A DNA stretch of 64,000 nt from an uncultured delta proteobacterium (GTDB lineage Bacteria; Myxococcota; Myxococcia; Myxococcales; Myxococcaceae): assembly GCA_963796055.1 (NCBI GenBank), contig CAWCKH010000004.1:3360001-3424000 (forward strand), read 5' to 3'. The notes beneath the pieces are model-generated. The model had not been told where the DNA came from, ran no database searches, and saw only the letters and a program-made list of their open reading frames with translations. A program made the translations under genes and the position numbers. Positions within the stretch are counted from its first letter, which is position 1, and each line of letters starts with the position of its first letter. This document shows positions 45,621 through 57,253 of this stretch, in pieces.

Positions 45621-46250
45621 ATGGAGGACGCCCGTCTCATCCTGGGGTTGCGCCGGAGCGGCATCCGGGACGAGCGTGTGCTCGCGGCGATGACCTTGCT
45701 CTCGCGCGCGGACTTCGTGCCGGACCGGCTCCGCGACATCGCCGCGCAGGACGACGCCCTGCCCATCGGAGAGGCGCAGACCATCAGCCAGCCATACGTG
45801 GTTGCGCTGATGAGCGAGGCGCTGGAGGTCCGGCCGGGGGACCGGATCCTCGAGATCGGCACCGGATCCGGCTACCAGGCGGCGGTCCTGCATCTGCTGG
45901 GGGCGGACGTGTACAGCATCGAGGTCCGGGAGGGGCTGGCCCGGACTGCGGCCGAGCACCTCCAGCCCTTCGCGGGTCCGAGGCTGCACCTCCGCGTGGG
46001 CGACGGATTCGACGGCTGGCCCGAGGCGGCGCCGTTCGACGCCATCGTGCTGACCGCGGCCCCCGAGCGAATGCCAGTCACCCTCGTGGAGCAGCTCGCG
46101 CCGGGTGGCCGGCTGGTGGGTCCCGTCGGCGGCCAGCTCGAGGGGCAGGAGCTGCTGCGGCTGCGCAAGGGCCATGACGGGCAGCTGCAGAGCGAGCGGC
46201 TGCTGTCGGTCCGCTTCGTCCCGATGACCCCGGCGCCCCTTCCGACCTGA
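45621..46250 (+). CDS. pcm: Protein-L-isoaspartate O-methyltransferase
   Basis: QTISQPYVVA, LEIGTGSGYQAA, APFDAI, VRFVPM. Confidence 0.95.
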   Translation: MEDARLILGLRRSGIRDERVLAAMTLLSRADFVPDRLRDIAAQDDALPIGEAQTISQPYVVALMSEALEVRPGDRILEIGTGSGYQAAVLHLLGADVYSIEVREGLARTAAEHLQPFAGPRLHLRVGDGFDGWPEAAPFDAIVLTAAPERMPVTLVEQLAPGGRLVGPVGGQLEGQELLRLRKGHDGQLQSERLLSVRFVPMTPAPLPT

Positions 46251-46261
46251 GGCGACCGCGC

Positions 46262-46816
46262 GTGCGCCCCTGTCCCGTCTGCGAGGCACCGGTCACCGGC
46301 TGGATGTGCGAGGTGTGCGGGAAGCAGGTGGGGCCATCCCCGGCGTCGGCCAATCTCACGGCGCCGCTGGAGGGGCTCGAGTCGACGCAGCTGCCGCCGG
46401 ACGGGCTGGGGCTGGACATCGAGCCGGCGCCCGGTCTCGAGTCGACGGCGGCGAGTCCGGTGCCGGAGGTGCCCGGCGAGCCGCTGCTCGGCTGGGAGAT
46501 GACGCACGCGGGCCTGGGCCCGGACGTGCGGGCAGGGGGGCTGCCGGACCTCGACCCGGGGCGGGCCGCTCCCGAGGGGCCGCCGGCGGTGGCACCCTCG
46601 GTGGTGACCTGCCGGTACTGCCGCAACGTCCAGACCTCGGGGCTCTTCTGTGACCGGTGCGGGATGCGGCTGCCCTGGGCGACGCGGCCCCCGGTGGCCA
46701 GGGCCGCGGGGGCGGACTCGACCGAGCGTCGGGTCTGCAAGCGCTGCGGAGAGCGCAGTCCAGCGTCGATGGAGCGGTGTGGTGCCTGCGGCGCGCTGCT
46801 CGAGGCCGAGCCCTAG
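46262..46816 (+). CDS. Double zinc-ribbon protein
   Basis: Six CxxC pairs flanking GLEST-like repeats. Confidence 0.75.
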   Translation: MRPCPVCEAPVTGWMCEVCGKQVGPSPASANLTAPLEGLESTQLPPDGLGLDIEPAPGLESTAASPVPEVPGEPLLGWEMTHAGLGPDVRAGGLPDLDPGRAAPEGPPAVAPSVVTCRYCRNVQTSGLFCDRCGMRLPWATRPPVARAAGADSTERRVCKRCGERSPASMERCGACGALLEAEP

Positions 46817-46963
46817 AGGTCAGGGCGGCCGCAATCGAGGTCCAGGTCAGGGTGTCGTCAGGCGGGCGATAGTCTGCGAGGTCTGGGCGGCCGCACGCAG
46901 CTAGGATGGGTCACCGTCTGCGCTCGACGGGCTCCTAGCAATCCCGGGCCCGGCTGCCGTAGG

Positions 46964-47332
46964 GTGCGCCCCCGCTTGCAGACCCAACCTTCGACCGAGC
47001 TGTCACCCGAGATGGCACGGGCGCGGCTACCCGAGCTCCAGGCCCAGCTGGCGGTGCGTCAGAGCACGACGCACTTCGCCCGCGCGGGGGCGGCCCTGGT
47101 GGCCTGCGCCATCTTCACCGGGGCGGCGGCGAAGCTGTTCTGGGACTCGATTCGCTTCCCGGTGCTGGGGGTGGCGTCGACGGCGGTTGCCATCGGGCTG
47201 GTGGTGTTCGCCTGGGCGCAGTACCGGCGCGGGCTGGCACACCATCGCCGGGAGATGGAGCTGTTCGCCTCGCTGCAGGCGGTGCACCGGGCGCTCCACC
47301 TGGACGATCCGGCGGCGCTGCTGCCCCGATGA
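46964..47332 (+). CDS. Hypothetical two-TM membrane protein
   Basis: Two hydrophobic helices; ATGA overlap with tmk. Confidence 0.7.
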   Translation: MRPRLQTQPSTELSPEMARARLPELQAQLAVRQSTTHFARAGAALVACAIFTGAAAKLFWDSIRFPVLGVASTAVAIGLVVFAWAQYRRGLAHHRREMELFASLQAVHRALHLDDPAALLPR

Positions 47333-47958
47333 GCTCCAGGGCTGGGCGGTTCATCGTCCTGGAGGGCATCGACGGCTCCGGGACCACGACCCAGGCGGCG
47401 CGGCTGGCCGCGGCGCTCCGCGAGGCCGGACACGCGGTGGTGAGCACGCGCGAGCCGTCGGACGGGCCGATTGGGATGCTTCTCCGGCAGGCGTTGACCC
47501 GCAGGCTGATGGGGTTGTCGGACCGGGTGCTGGCGCTGCTGTTCGCGGCGGACCGGCTGGACCACCTCGCCTCGGTGGTGGAGCCTGCGCTCGCCGAGGG
47601 CAAGGTGGTGGTCTCGGACCGCTACGTGCTCTCGTCGCTGGCCTACCAGGGGATGCGCCTGCCGCTCCGGTGGGTGGAGGCGCTGAACGCGGCGGCGCGG
47701 CCGGCGGACCTGACCCTCTACCTGGCGGTGGATGCCCGCACGGCGGCTCGGCGGCGGCACGGCCGCGGCGGATCGGCGGAGCTGTTCGACGCCGACGAGG
47801 TGCAGCGGTCGGTGGCCCGCGCGTACGAGCGGGTGGTGAAGAAGCACGCGCGGGCGCAGCATGTGAAGCGGGTGGACGGCCGGGGAGCGCCGGACGCGGT
47901 GGCCCGGGGGATCCTGACCCGGGTCGAGGCCGTGCTGTCCCGGGGGGCAGGGAAGTAG
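47329..47958 (+). CDS. tmk: Thymidylate kinase
   Basis: FIVLEGIDGSGTTTQ, TREP, LFAADR, SDRY..SSLAYQG. Confidence 0.94.
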   Translation: MSSRAGRFIVLEGIDGSGTTTQAARLAAALREAGHAVVSTREPSDGPIGMLLRQALTRRLMGLSDRVLALLFAADRLDHLASVVEPALAEGKVVVSDRYVLSSLAYQGMRLPLRWVEALNAAARPADLTLYLAVDARTAARRRHGRGGSAELFDADEVQRSVARAYERVVKKHARAQHVKRVDGRGAPDAVARGILTRVEAVLSRGAGK

Positions 47959-47971
47959 AGTGGCCAGCGGG

Positions 47972-48706
47972 ATGGCACGGACGGGCGCGGCGGCGGTCAT
48001 CATCGGCAACGAGGTCCTCTCGGCAAAGGTGGAGGACGCCAACGGACCGCACCTCGTGCGCCGGCTCCGCGAGCACGGCATCCCGCTCCGGGCGATCTTC
48101 GTGGTCCCGGACGAGATCGAGGCGATCGTCGGCGCGGTGGTGACCGCGCGCTCGGTCGCCCGATGGGTCATCACCAGTGGGGGCATCGGTCCGACGCACG
48201 ACGACGTGACGGTGCGCGGGGTAGCGCTGGCGCTGGGCCGCGAGGTGGTGCGGCTGCCGCGCATCGTCGAGCTGCTCTCCCGTGCGCACTCCGGCGCGAT
48301 GCCCGCCGAGGCCCTGCGTCTGGCCGAGGCCCCGGAGGGGACCGAGCTGCTCGCGCCCGAGGGCACGGTCTACCCGGTGCTCGCGGTGGAGGGGATGTTC
48401 CTGCTCCCCGGGGTGCCCTCGCTGTTCAAGGTGCAGCTGGAGACGGTGCTCTCGTCCCTTCCCAAGGCGGCGGTGCACGTCCGCTCGCTCTACCTGTCCC
48501 AGGGCGAGGCGGAGATCGCCGCGACCCTGGACCGAGTGGCCCTCGGAATGCCCGACGTGGGCATCGGCAGCTACCCCGCGGTGACCTCCGGCGCCGACCA
48601 CCGTGTCCGGGTGACGGTCGAGGGCGCCGAGCCCGAGCGAGTCGAGCTGGTGGTGGCGCGGCTCCAGAGCGAGCTACCGGAAGGCGTCGTCCTGCGGGTC
48701 GAGTAG
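47972..48706 (+). CDS. CinA N-terminal-like molybdopterin-binding domain protein
   Basis: IIGNEVLS...DAN, SGGIGPTHDDVT, LPGVP, IGSYP. Confidence 0.88.
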   Translation: MARTGAAAVIIGNEVLSAKVEDANGPHLVRRLREHGIPLRAIFVVPDEIEAIVGAVVTARSVARWVITSGGIGPTHDDVTVRGVALALGREVVRLPRIVELLSRAHSGAMPAEALRLAEAPEGTELLAPEGTVYPVLAVEGMFLLPGVPSLFKVQLETVLSSLPKAAVHVRSLYLSQGEAEIAATLDRVALGMPDVGIGSYPAVTSGADHRVRVTVEGAEPERVELVVARLQSELPEGVVLRVE

Positions 48707-48715
48707 CTGGGCCGC

Positions 48716-48884
48716 GAAAATGGTTCTCAAGTTGCGTTCGAGGAACCGGATCGGACGCTGGACGAGACCTCGAGCACCCCCACCCGGGTGACCGTCCGAA
48801 AATGTTCCTGGGGTTCAACTTGGGAACCCGTCCTGCCATGAAAAGGTTCCAACGTGACAACCCGGGTTCCAACGTGACAACCCG
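48716..48884. repeat. Cluster of GGTT...AACC palindromic motifs including a 20-bp tandem duplication
   Basis: GGTTCCAACGTGACAACCCG twice (48845-48864, 48865-48884); GGGTTCAACTTGGGAACCC (48811-48829); GGTTCTCAAGTTG (48722-48734). Confidence 0.85.
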
Positions 48885-49019
48885 CCACCGCACATGGTCG
48901 GGGCCAGGGTCGTCCGGGTCGCCAAGCCTGTGACCCCGTCTGGTCGCGCGTCCCTTCCGGGCCGAATGCGAAACACGCGACTCCGTCCCGCGACCCGGGA
49001 GCCGCGCCCGGCTCAGGGT

Positions 49020-52000
49020 TCACACCGCCCGTTCGGGCAACGTCGGCCCCACCCGGTCCCGCAAGGTGAACAGCTCCTCCGAGACCGAGAATGTGAGCAG
49101 CGCCCGCAGATCCGGCCGCTCCCGCACCGCGCGGATCACGCCCTCCGGCGACTCCGGCGTCTTCGACGTGGCGAAGGCCGGGTCCTCGCGCAGAACCATG
49201 GTCAGCGCCACCGCCGGGTCGCCACAGACGAGCAACCCCGCCCGGTTCCCGGAAGCGAACAAGCCCTGAAGCGTCTTCGCGAGGTCCGGAACCGGCCCCC
49301 GGGCCACCGCGCGCGCTGGCTCCTCGAGCGCCCGGAGCGCCTTTCTCGGCAGCAGCTTCCGCAGCGTCCGGATCCGGCTCTCGTCCCGCTGCCCGAGCCC
49401 CTCGAAATCCGGCACCTCCAGACGGATGCAGTCCCCGAGCAGGTCCGCGACCTCCGACTCGGGAAGCTTGGCGGCCAGCGCCGTCCGCTCGAGCAGGGCG
49501 AACACCGCCCGGCCGATGAGGAATTTCTGCTCCCGCGAGTTGAACCGCCGCACCACGTCCTGCCCGACACAGATGCTCGGCGGGTCGCTGGTCTCGGCCA
49601 CCATCAGGCCACGCCTGGCCTGGTAGACGTCGAAGTGGTCCACGCCAAATCCTTCGGCCACCAGCCGGATGGCCCGCACCACCGGATGGTCCGACCGCAG
49701 CCGGTCCGCGCGCGGGTCCACCCCCAGGGTCTCGAAGTCCGGCGGGTACAGCTTCGACACCTGGTCGCCGACGGCCCGGAGCACGTCGGTCAACGAATTT
49801 CGTGCATCGGGGTGCAGCAGGAGATCCAGCGACGTCCGGTCGACCCGCGCGTGGGACTCCGAGGGAAGCCGGCCTCGCCAGTCCAGGTGCAGGTGCATCG
49901 CCCTCGGCGGACCCGCGTTCAGAAAGGCGCTGGCTGCGGCACAGCAGAAGCTCCGGTCGAGCAGCCGCTGCGAGTCCCAGATCTCGTAGAGCGTCTCCAG
50001 GCTCAGGAGGCGCACCGGGTCGAGCGCCAGCACGTCCCGGTGCGCGTCGACGGCGATGTCGGCCGACCCCGGGTCCTTGCTGAGCATGTCCGCCAGCGCA
50101 GTGCGGGCCTCCACGCTGCCGGGTTCCAGCTCCACCGCGGTGCGACAGGCGGCCACCGCCCGCGTGAGGTCGCCCAGGGTGCGCAGGTAGAGCTCGGCGA
50201 GCCGGACCCGGATCTGTGCCGCGGCGGCCGGAGGGCAGGGCGGCTGGGCGCGCTCGTCGAGCAGCTGCAGCAGCATCGCCATCCGTCCTCGCCGCTCGAA
50301 CAGCGGGACGATGCGCTCCAGCGCCTGGGGCTCCTCGATCAGCAGCGGAAGCGCCTCCTTCGCCTCGGCGACCGAGCGCTCGGCATCGTCGAAGCCCTCG
50401 CTGAACGCCTCGGCCAGCCGGAGCGAGGTGCGGGCCCGGTCCACCGGACGGGTCTCCATCGCCCGCAGCTGCTGGAGGCAGTCCACCACCCCGGTCCAGT
50501 TCCGCGAGGCGCGGTGCAGGGTGGCCAGCCGGTCGAGAGGCTCGGCCGAGCCCACGGAGGCCAGCGCGGCGTTGAAGGCCGCCACCGCGCGGGCGGGCTG
50601 ATCCAGGCGCTCCTGGTAGAGGATGCCCAGCCGGAGCTGGAGCGCGGCGAGCGTCTCGGCGTCCCCGCCGATCCGGAGCCGGTCCTCCAGCGCCTCCGCG
50701 GCGTCGGACCAGCGACCCTGCTCGGTGGCCAGCACCGCGCGCAGCTCGAGCGCGTCGGCGTGCTCGGGCTCGGCCTCGAGCGCCCTCCCCAGCGCGGTCA
50801 GGGCCCGCCCGCGGTCGCCCACCCCGTCCAGCCAGCCCTGGGCGGCCTTGAAGAACTCGTCGGCGGCGCCGGGCCGGTCTCCGGACGCCAGCCGGGTCTG
50901 CCCGCGGCGCTCGTTCAGCGAGGCCAGCTCCGCGGCGCCGCCCTTCCGCGCGAGGAGCGATTCCACCGCCTCGGAGGCCTCGACCTCCAGGGGGTCCAGG
51001 TCCAGCACGCGCTCGAAGGCGTCGATGGCGCGCTCGGGCTTGCCGAGCACGTCCATCCACAACCGTCCCGCCTCGAGCCAGGCCTGGACCGCGCCCTCCC
51101 GGCTCCGGGTGGCGGCTGCCTCCGCCTCCCAGGCGAGCGCGGCGGCCTCCGTCTCCTCCATCCGCAGCCGGACGCGGCGCACGCCCTGCAGCGCCACCAG
51201 CTCGGCGGGCTCGAGCGCCAGCGCGGCCTGGTAGGCGCCGAGCGCCAGGGGGAGCGTCTGGGGTGAGCCCTCCCCGAGCTGCCCCAGTCGCAGGTGCAGC
51301 TCGAGGCGAGCGGCAGGCGCCTGGGTGACCGCGAGGCGCCGCTCGTAGAACTCGCGCAGGCCCTCCACGTCGCCGGCCTGGCGCAGTGTCCGCTCGAGCT
51401 GGAAGGCGATGCGGGGGTCCTCGGGGTCGACCGCGAAGGCGCGCCGGAGATGTTCCAGCCGCTCGTCGAGCCGCGGCCGCCCCTGCTCCAGCTCGGCCGA
51501 GAGCGTCAGCGCGGCGGCCAGCCCCGGGTCGCCCACCCGCGCGGCGAGCCGCAGCCGCACCTCGGCGCGCCGGGCCCGGTCCGCGGCCCGGGTGTGCTCG
51601 AGGAGCAGGAGTGCCCCGACGTCGTCCGGATGCAGCTCGAGGGCCGACTCGGCCACTGCCGCGGCCCGGTCGAGGTGCCCGGCGGCGAGCAGCGCATGGG
51701 CGAGGCGGAGCCGCGCCGCGACGCGCTCGGCGCTGCTCCCGGCCACCGTGGCCCGCTCGAGCGACTGCAGCGGGTCCGGTCCTCCCTGCTGGCCCGAGAG
51801 CGCCTCCAGCTCGCGGAGCGCCGGGATGTGGTCGGGGGCCACCCGGAGCACCGCCTCCAGCGTGGCGGCGGCGGCCTCGCGGTCGGCGAGCGCGTCCAGC
51901 TGCAAGGTGGCGACCTCGAACAGCGCGTCGGCGCGCGCCCGCGGGTCGGTCCGCGCCCGCGCCATGCGCTCGAGCGTGCTCACCAGACCGGCCCAGTCCC

Positions 52001-53993
52001 CCTGGCCGCGCTGGATGCGGGAGAGCGCCCGGAGCGCGGCGCCGTGGTCGGGGTCACGCCGGAGAACCTCGTCCCAGGCGATGCGGGCCGCGTCCAGATC
52101 CGTGAGCCGGAGCTCCTCGAGGTCCGCGATGCGAGCCCAGAGCTGGACGGCCCGGGCGGGCCCGGCGAGCCCGGCCTCGCGGCGGTACATCTGGCCGAGC
52201 TCGTTCCAGCGACCCTCGCGGGCGTAGAGCCGCCCCAGGGCTTGTAGGGCCGGGAGGTAGGTGGGATCGGCGGTGAGCAGCCGCTCCAGGACGGCGATGG
52301 CGGCGCCCACGTCGTTCAGCCGCTCCTCGAGGACCTGCGCCGCGCGGTGCCGCAGCGCGATGGCCTGGCCCTGGTCGGTGGAGAGCTCGGCCTGACGCTC
52401 GAGCAGGGGGACCAGCTCGTCCCAGGCCTCGCGTCGCTCCGCCAGCCGGGCCAGGTGCACCAGGGAGGGGAGATGGTCGGCGACCAGATCCAGCGCGCGA
52501 CGGAGCGCGTCGGCGGCGAGGTCGAGATTCCCCAGATGCTCCTCGGCCTCCTGGGCGATGCGCCCCAGGGCGGTGACTCCGTCCGCCGGCGAGGTGATGG
52601 AGAGCAGCTCCTCCTCGTGCAGGGCGACGAGCTCCGCCCAGCGCTGCTCGCGCCGCAGCACCCGCTCCAGCCCCTGCCGCGCCGGGAGATAGCCGGGAAC
52701 GAGCTGGAGCGCCTCGCGGAACCGGGCCAGGGCCTCGTCGGTGCGGTGCAGGCGTGCGTCGAGGATCTCCGCGGAGCGGAAGTGGAGCTCGGCGCGGGTC
52801 CGCGGGTCGCCCACCCCCGCCAGCTCGGCGTCGTACACCGCGACCAGCGCCGGCCAGTCCTGGGTCTTGGCGTGGAGGCGTCCAAGCCCGGCGAGCGCCG
52901 CGGGATGCCCCGGCACCCGCGCCAGCACCGCCTCGTAGCGCTGCACTGCCTGCGGGTCGCGGTGGAGGGTGTCCTCGAGGAGCGAGGCCAGCCGCAGCTG
53001 CACCGTGAGCCACTCGCGCTCGTCGCGCACCGAGGTGGCGAGCGAGGCGAGCACGTCGGCCAGCTCCTCGGGCCGGTCGAGTGACTCGTGCAGGGTGGCA
53101 AGCGCGGTGAGGACGGCGGTGTCGTCAGGGTTCTGGTGGCGGGCGGCGTTGAGCGCGGCGACCGCGTCCTCTGGCCGCTCCTGCCGGACGTAGGCCCGAG
53201 CGAGCGCGGTGTACGCCGGGACCGAGGTGGGGCCGCCCAGCTCGGCCTCGGCGGCGAGCACGGCGATGAGCGCCTCGTCGTCGCCGGTGGCCTCGGCGGC
53301 CCGCCGCAGCGCGCCCAGCGTGACTGCGTCCCTCCGGTCGAGAGCGAAGGCCTCGCGCCAGCGGCCCAGCGCCTCGGGGTGCTGCCCGAGCCGCTGGTGC
53401 AGGGTGGCGGCGGTCTGGAGCGCGTGCGAGGCGAGCCGCGCATCGGGCAGCGCGCGCGCGAGCAGGACCTGGACCCGGAGGAGCCCGGCCACGTCCCCAT
53501 GCGCGGCGAGCATCCCCTCGGCCTGGACCAGCAGGCCCAGGTCCGCCGGCTCCAGCTCGAGCGCCGAGGCGAGCACCTGGGTGGCCTCGTCCCACCGGTC
53601 GAGCCGGTCCGCCAGCACCTCGGCCTTCTCGAACAGCAGCGCGGCGCGTCCCCGGGCCCCCTCGGTGGCGGCGAGCTCGGCGTCGAGGAGCTGGAGCACC
53701 ATCGGCCAGTTCCCGACGTCGGAGAAGATGCGGCGCGCCGAGCGGAGGTTCTCCACGAAGCGCGGCGCCAGCCGGTACGCGGCCTGGAACGCGGCGGCGG
53801 CGGCGCGGAGGTTCCCTAGCGGACGCTCCCAGAGCAGACCGAGCTCGTGGTACAGCCGGGCGCTCCGTGGATCCGGCTCCAGCGCCTTCGCTTCGCGCTC
53901 CAGCGCGGCGATGCGGGCCCGGACCTCGGCGACCTCGGTCTCGCCGGAACCGGCGGGGCGCGGGGCCGGCGCCTCTCGCTCCGGAGCGGTCAT
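49020..53993 (-). CDS. Very large TPR protein (1657 aa), AgmK/GltI-like repeats
   Basis: Repeated AL..L.RLY....W.ELV units; ATGA overlap with the hutH stop. Confidence 0.85.
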   Translation of the reverse strand: MTAPEREAPAPRPAGSGETEVAEVRARIAALEREAKALEPDPRSARLYHELGLLWERPLGNLRAAAAAFQAAYRLAPRFVENLRSARRIFSDVGNWPMVLQLLDAELAATEGARGRAALLFEKAEVLADRLDRWDEATQVLASALELEPADLGLLVQAEGMLAAHGDVAGLLRVQVLLARALPDARLASHALQTAATLHQRLGQHPEALGRWREAFALDRRDAVTLGALRRAAEATGDDEALIAVLAAEAELGGPTSVPAYTALARAYVRQERPEDAVAALNAARHQNPDDTAVLTALATLHESLDRPEELADVLASLATSVRDEREWLTVQLRLASLLEDTLHRDPQAVQRYEAVLARVPGHPAALAGLGRLHAKTQDWPALVAVYDAELAGVGDPRTRAELHFRSAEILDARLHRTDEALARFREALQLVPGYLPARQGLERVLRREQRWAELVALHEEELLSITSPADGVTALGRIAQEAEEHLGNLDLAADALRRALDLVADHLPSLVHLARLAERREAWDELVPLLERQAELSTDQGQAIALRHRAAQVLEERLNDVGAAIAVLERLLTADPTYLPALQALGRLYAREGRWNELGQMYRREAGLAGPARAVQLWARIADLEELRLTDLDAARIAWDEVLRRDPDHGAALRALSRIQRGQGDWAGLVSTLERMARARTDPRARADALFEVATLQLDALADREAAAATLEAVLRVAPDHIPALRELEALSGQQGGPDPLQSLERATVAGSSAERVAARLRLAHALLAAGHLDRAAAVAESALELHPDDVGALLLLEHTRAADRARRAEVRLRLAARVGDPGLAAALTLSAELEQGRPRLDERLEHLRRAFAVDPEDPRIAFQLERTLRQAGDVEGLREFYERRLAVTQAPAARLELHLRLGQLGEGSPQTLPLALGAYQAALALEPAELVALQGVRRVRLRMEETEAAALAWEAEAAATRSREGAVQAWLEAGRLWMDVLGKPERAIDAFERVLDLDPLEVEASEAVESLLARKGGAAELASLNERRGQTRLASGDRPGAADEFFKAAQGWLDGVGDRGRALTALGRALEAEPEHADALELRAVLATEQGRWSDAAEALEDRLRIGGDAETLAALQLRLGILYQERLDQPARAVAAFNAALASVGSAEPLDRLATLHRASRNWTGVVDCLQQLRAMETRPVDRARTSLRLAEAFSEGFDDAERSVAEAKEALPLLIEEPQALERIVPLFERRGRMAMLLQLLDERAQPPCPPAAAAQIRVRLAELYLRTLGDLTRAVAACRTAVELEPGSVEARTALADMLSKDPGSADIAVDAHRDVLALDPVRLLSLETLYEIWDSQRLLDRSFCCAAASAFLNAGPPRAMHLHLDWRGRLPSESHARVDRTSLDLLLHPDARNSLTDVLRAVGDQVSKLYPPDFETLGVDPRADRLRSDHPVVRAIRLVAEGFGVDHFDVYQARRGLMVAETSDPPSICVGQDVVRRFNSREQKFLIGRAVFALLERTALAAKLPESEVADLLGDCIRLEVPDFEGLGQRDESRIRTLRKLLPRKALRALEEPARAVARGPVPDLAKTLQGLFASGNRAGLLVCGDPAVALTMVLREDPAFATSKTPESPEGVIRAVRERPDLRALLTFSVSEELFTLRDRVGPTLPERAV

Positions 53994-55510
53994 GCGGCGT
54001 GGGCCGCGGCCAGGAGCGCCCCCGAGTCGATGAGCGCCGAGACCGCCTCGATGTCGCGGTGGATCTCCCGGTCCTCCTCCATGGTGGGGACCACCTCGCG
54101 GACCCGGGCGTGGGCCGCGGCCACGCCCCGCCCGGCACGGAGAGGCCTCCGGAAGTCGAGCGCCTGGGCGGCGACCAGCACCTCCACCGCGAGGCAGGTC
54201 CGGGTGAAGTCGATGACCTGTCGCGCCTTGAGCGCAGCGGTCATGCCCATGCTCACGTGGTCCTCGCGGCCGGCGGAGGAGGGGATGGAGTCCACCGAGG
54301 CGGGGTGGCTCAGCACCCGCGACTCGGCGACCAGCGCGGCCGAGGTGACCTGGGCGATCATGAAGCCGGAGTTGAGGCCCGAGTTCCTCGCCAGGAACGG
54401 AGGGAGCCCGCTCAACGCCGGGTTCACCAGCTGCTCCACCCGCCGCTCGCTGATCGCCTGAAGCTGGGTGCAGGCGATGGCCAGCACGTCGAGGGCGAGC
54501 GACACCGGCTGGCCGTGGAAGTTGCCACCGGAGACGATGAGGTCCTCGTCGGGGAAGACCAGCGGGTTGTCGGTGGCCGAGTTCACCTCGATGGAGAGGA
54601 CGCGCCTGGCGTGCTGCAGCCCGTCGCGGGCTGCTCCGTGCACCTGTGGCATGCAGCGCAGCGAGTAGGGATCCTGCACCTTGGAACAGTCGGCGTGACT
54701 CTCGACGATCTCCGAGTCGCGCAGGAGACCGCGCAGGTGCTCGGCCACCGCCACCTGGCCCGGGTGGGGGCGCGCCGCCTGGATGGGGGCGATGAACGGG
54801 CGGTGGCTCCCCAGCAAGCCCTCCAGCGTCATCGCCCCGGCGAGGTCCGCAGTCTCCGCCAGCGCCTCGCCCCGGAGCAGCGCCAGCGCGCCCACGGCGC
54901 ACATCGCCTGGGTGCCGTTGACCAGCGCCAGGCCCTCCTTCGCCTCCAGCACCACCGGCTCGAGGTCGGCGCGGGCGAGCGCGGCGCGCCCCGGGAGCCG
55001 ATCGGCTCCCACGAAGGCCTCCCCCTCGCCGATGAGCACCAGGGCCAGGTGGGCAAGCGGGGCGAGGTCGCCCGAGGCGCCCACGCTGCCGCGCTCCGGG
55101 ACGACCGGGATGACCCCGCGGTTGAGCATCTCGAGGGCGAGCTGGAGCGTGCGGGGGCGGATGCCGGAGTGGCCCTTGGCCAGCACGTTGCATCTCAGGA
55201 GAAGCAGCGCCCGGGCCTCGGGGATGGGCAGGGGCGTCCCGACGCCCGCGGCGTGGGAGAGCAGGAGGTTCCGCTGCAGGGTCCGGAGGTCCTTCCGGTC
55301 GATGCGCACCTCGGCCAGGGTGCCGAAGCCGGTGTTGATGCCGTAGGCCGGGGCCTCGCCTGCCGCCACGCGATCCACCAGGGCGCGCGCCCGTTCCACG
55401 CGCGCCAGGGCCTCGGGCGCGAGTTCGACGTGGACTCCCCCGCGCGCCACGTCGCGGATCTCCTCCAGGGTCAGCGTCTCGCCGTCCAGGAGCAATCGCC
55501 GGTCGGTCAT
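53990..55510 (-). CDS. hutH: Histidine ammonia-lyase
   Basis: [20 protein letters not shown] (MIO motif), [25 protein letters not shown]. Confidence 0.96.
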   Translation of the reverse strand: MTDRRLLLDGETLTLEEIRDVARGGVHVELAPEALARVERARALVDRVAAGEAPAYGINTGFGTLAEVRIDRKDLRTLQRNLLLSHAAGVGTPLPIPEARALLLLRCNVLAKGHSGIRPRTLQLALEMLNRGVIPVVPERGSVGASGDLAPLAHLALVLIGEGEAFVGADRLPGRAALARADLEPVVLEAKEGLALVNGTQAMCAVGALALLRGEALAETADLAGAMTLEGLLGSHRPFIAPIQAARPHPGQVAVAEHLRGLLRDSEIVESHADCSKVQDPYSLRCMPQVHGAARDGLQHARRVLSIEVNSATDNPLVFPDEDLIVSGGNFHGQPVSLALDVLAIACTQLQAISERRVEQLVNPALSGLPPFLARNSGLNSGFMIAQVTSAALVAESRVLSHPASVDSIPSSAGREDHVSMGMTAALKARQVIDFTRTCLAVEVLVAAQALDFRRPLRAGRGVAAAHARVREVVPTMEEDREIHRDIEAVSALIDSGALLAAAHAA

Positions 55511-55594
55511 GGGCGGCGGAAGGTACCCCGAGGTGCGGCTCTGCGTCTAAGGTGGATCGCTTGCTGCAAGCGGGGGCAGGAGGGCCGTTCCAGG

Positions 55595-56826
<1,232 letters not shown>

Positions 56827-56830
<4 letters not shown>

Positions 56831-57219
56831 GGCACGGGCGCACCGCGGCGCTGGCCGTCGTCCTGCCGTTCGCCCTCGGGGCCGGATGGGCGGTCCAGAC
56901 CCGCTGGCCGGAAACGGCTGCGGCGCTGGACTGTCCTCCGGAACGGGTCCGCTGGTCGGGCGCGGGCGCGCTCGGGGTCGCCCGTTGCGACCAGGGCGAG
57001 GCGCCCCCGGACGCGGTCCGGGTCGCACTCGGGCTCAGGCTCCCGCTGAACCGGGCGGCGGAGGCCGAGCTGGCCCGGCTCCCGGGGGTGGGACCTGCGG
57101 CGGCGCACGCGCTGGTGCAGGCGCGACCCTTCCGCAGCTGGGAGCAGGTCGACGCGGTCAAGGGGGTGGGTCCCGCCCGTCTCCGCACGTTGCAGCAGGC
57201 CACTGAACTCGATCCCTGA
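56827..57219 (+). CDS. ComEA-like helix-hairpin-helix protein
   Basis: [15 protein letters not shown]...[17 protein letters not shown]-terminal TM; GTGA overlap. Confidence 0.8.
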
Positions 57220-57253
57220 AACCTTTCCTGCTAACGCTTCGCCTCGGCCCCGC

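Noticed and set aside
48845..48884. Possible CRISPR array
   Set aside because: Only two abutting 20-bp copies, no spacer and no cas genes
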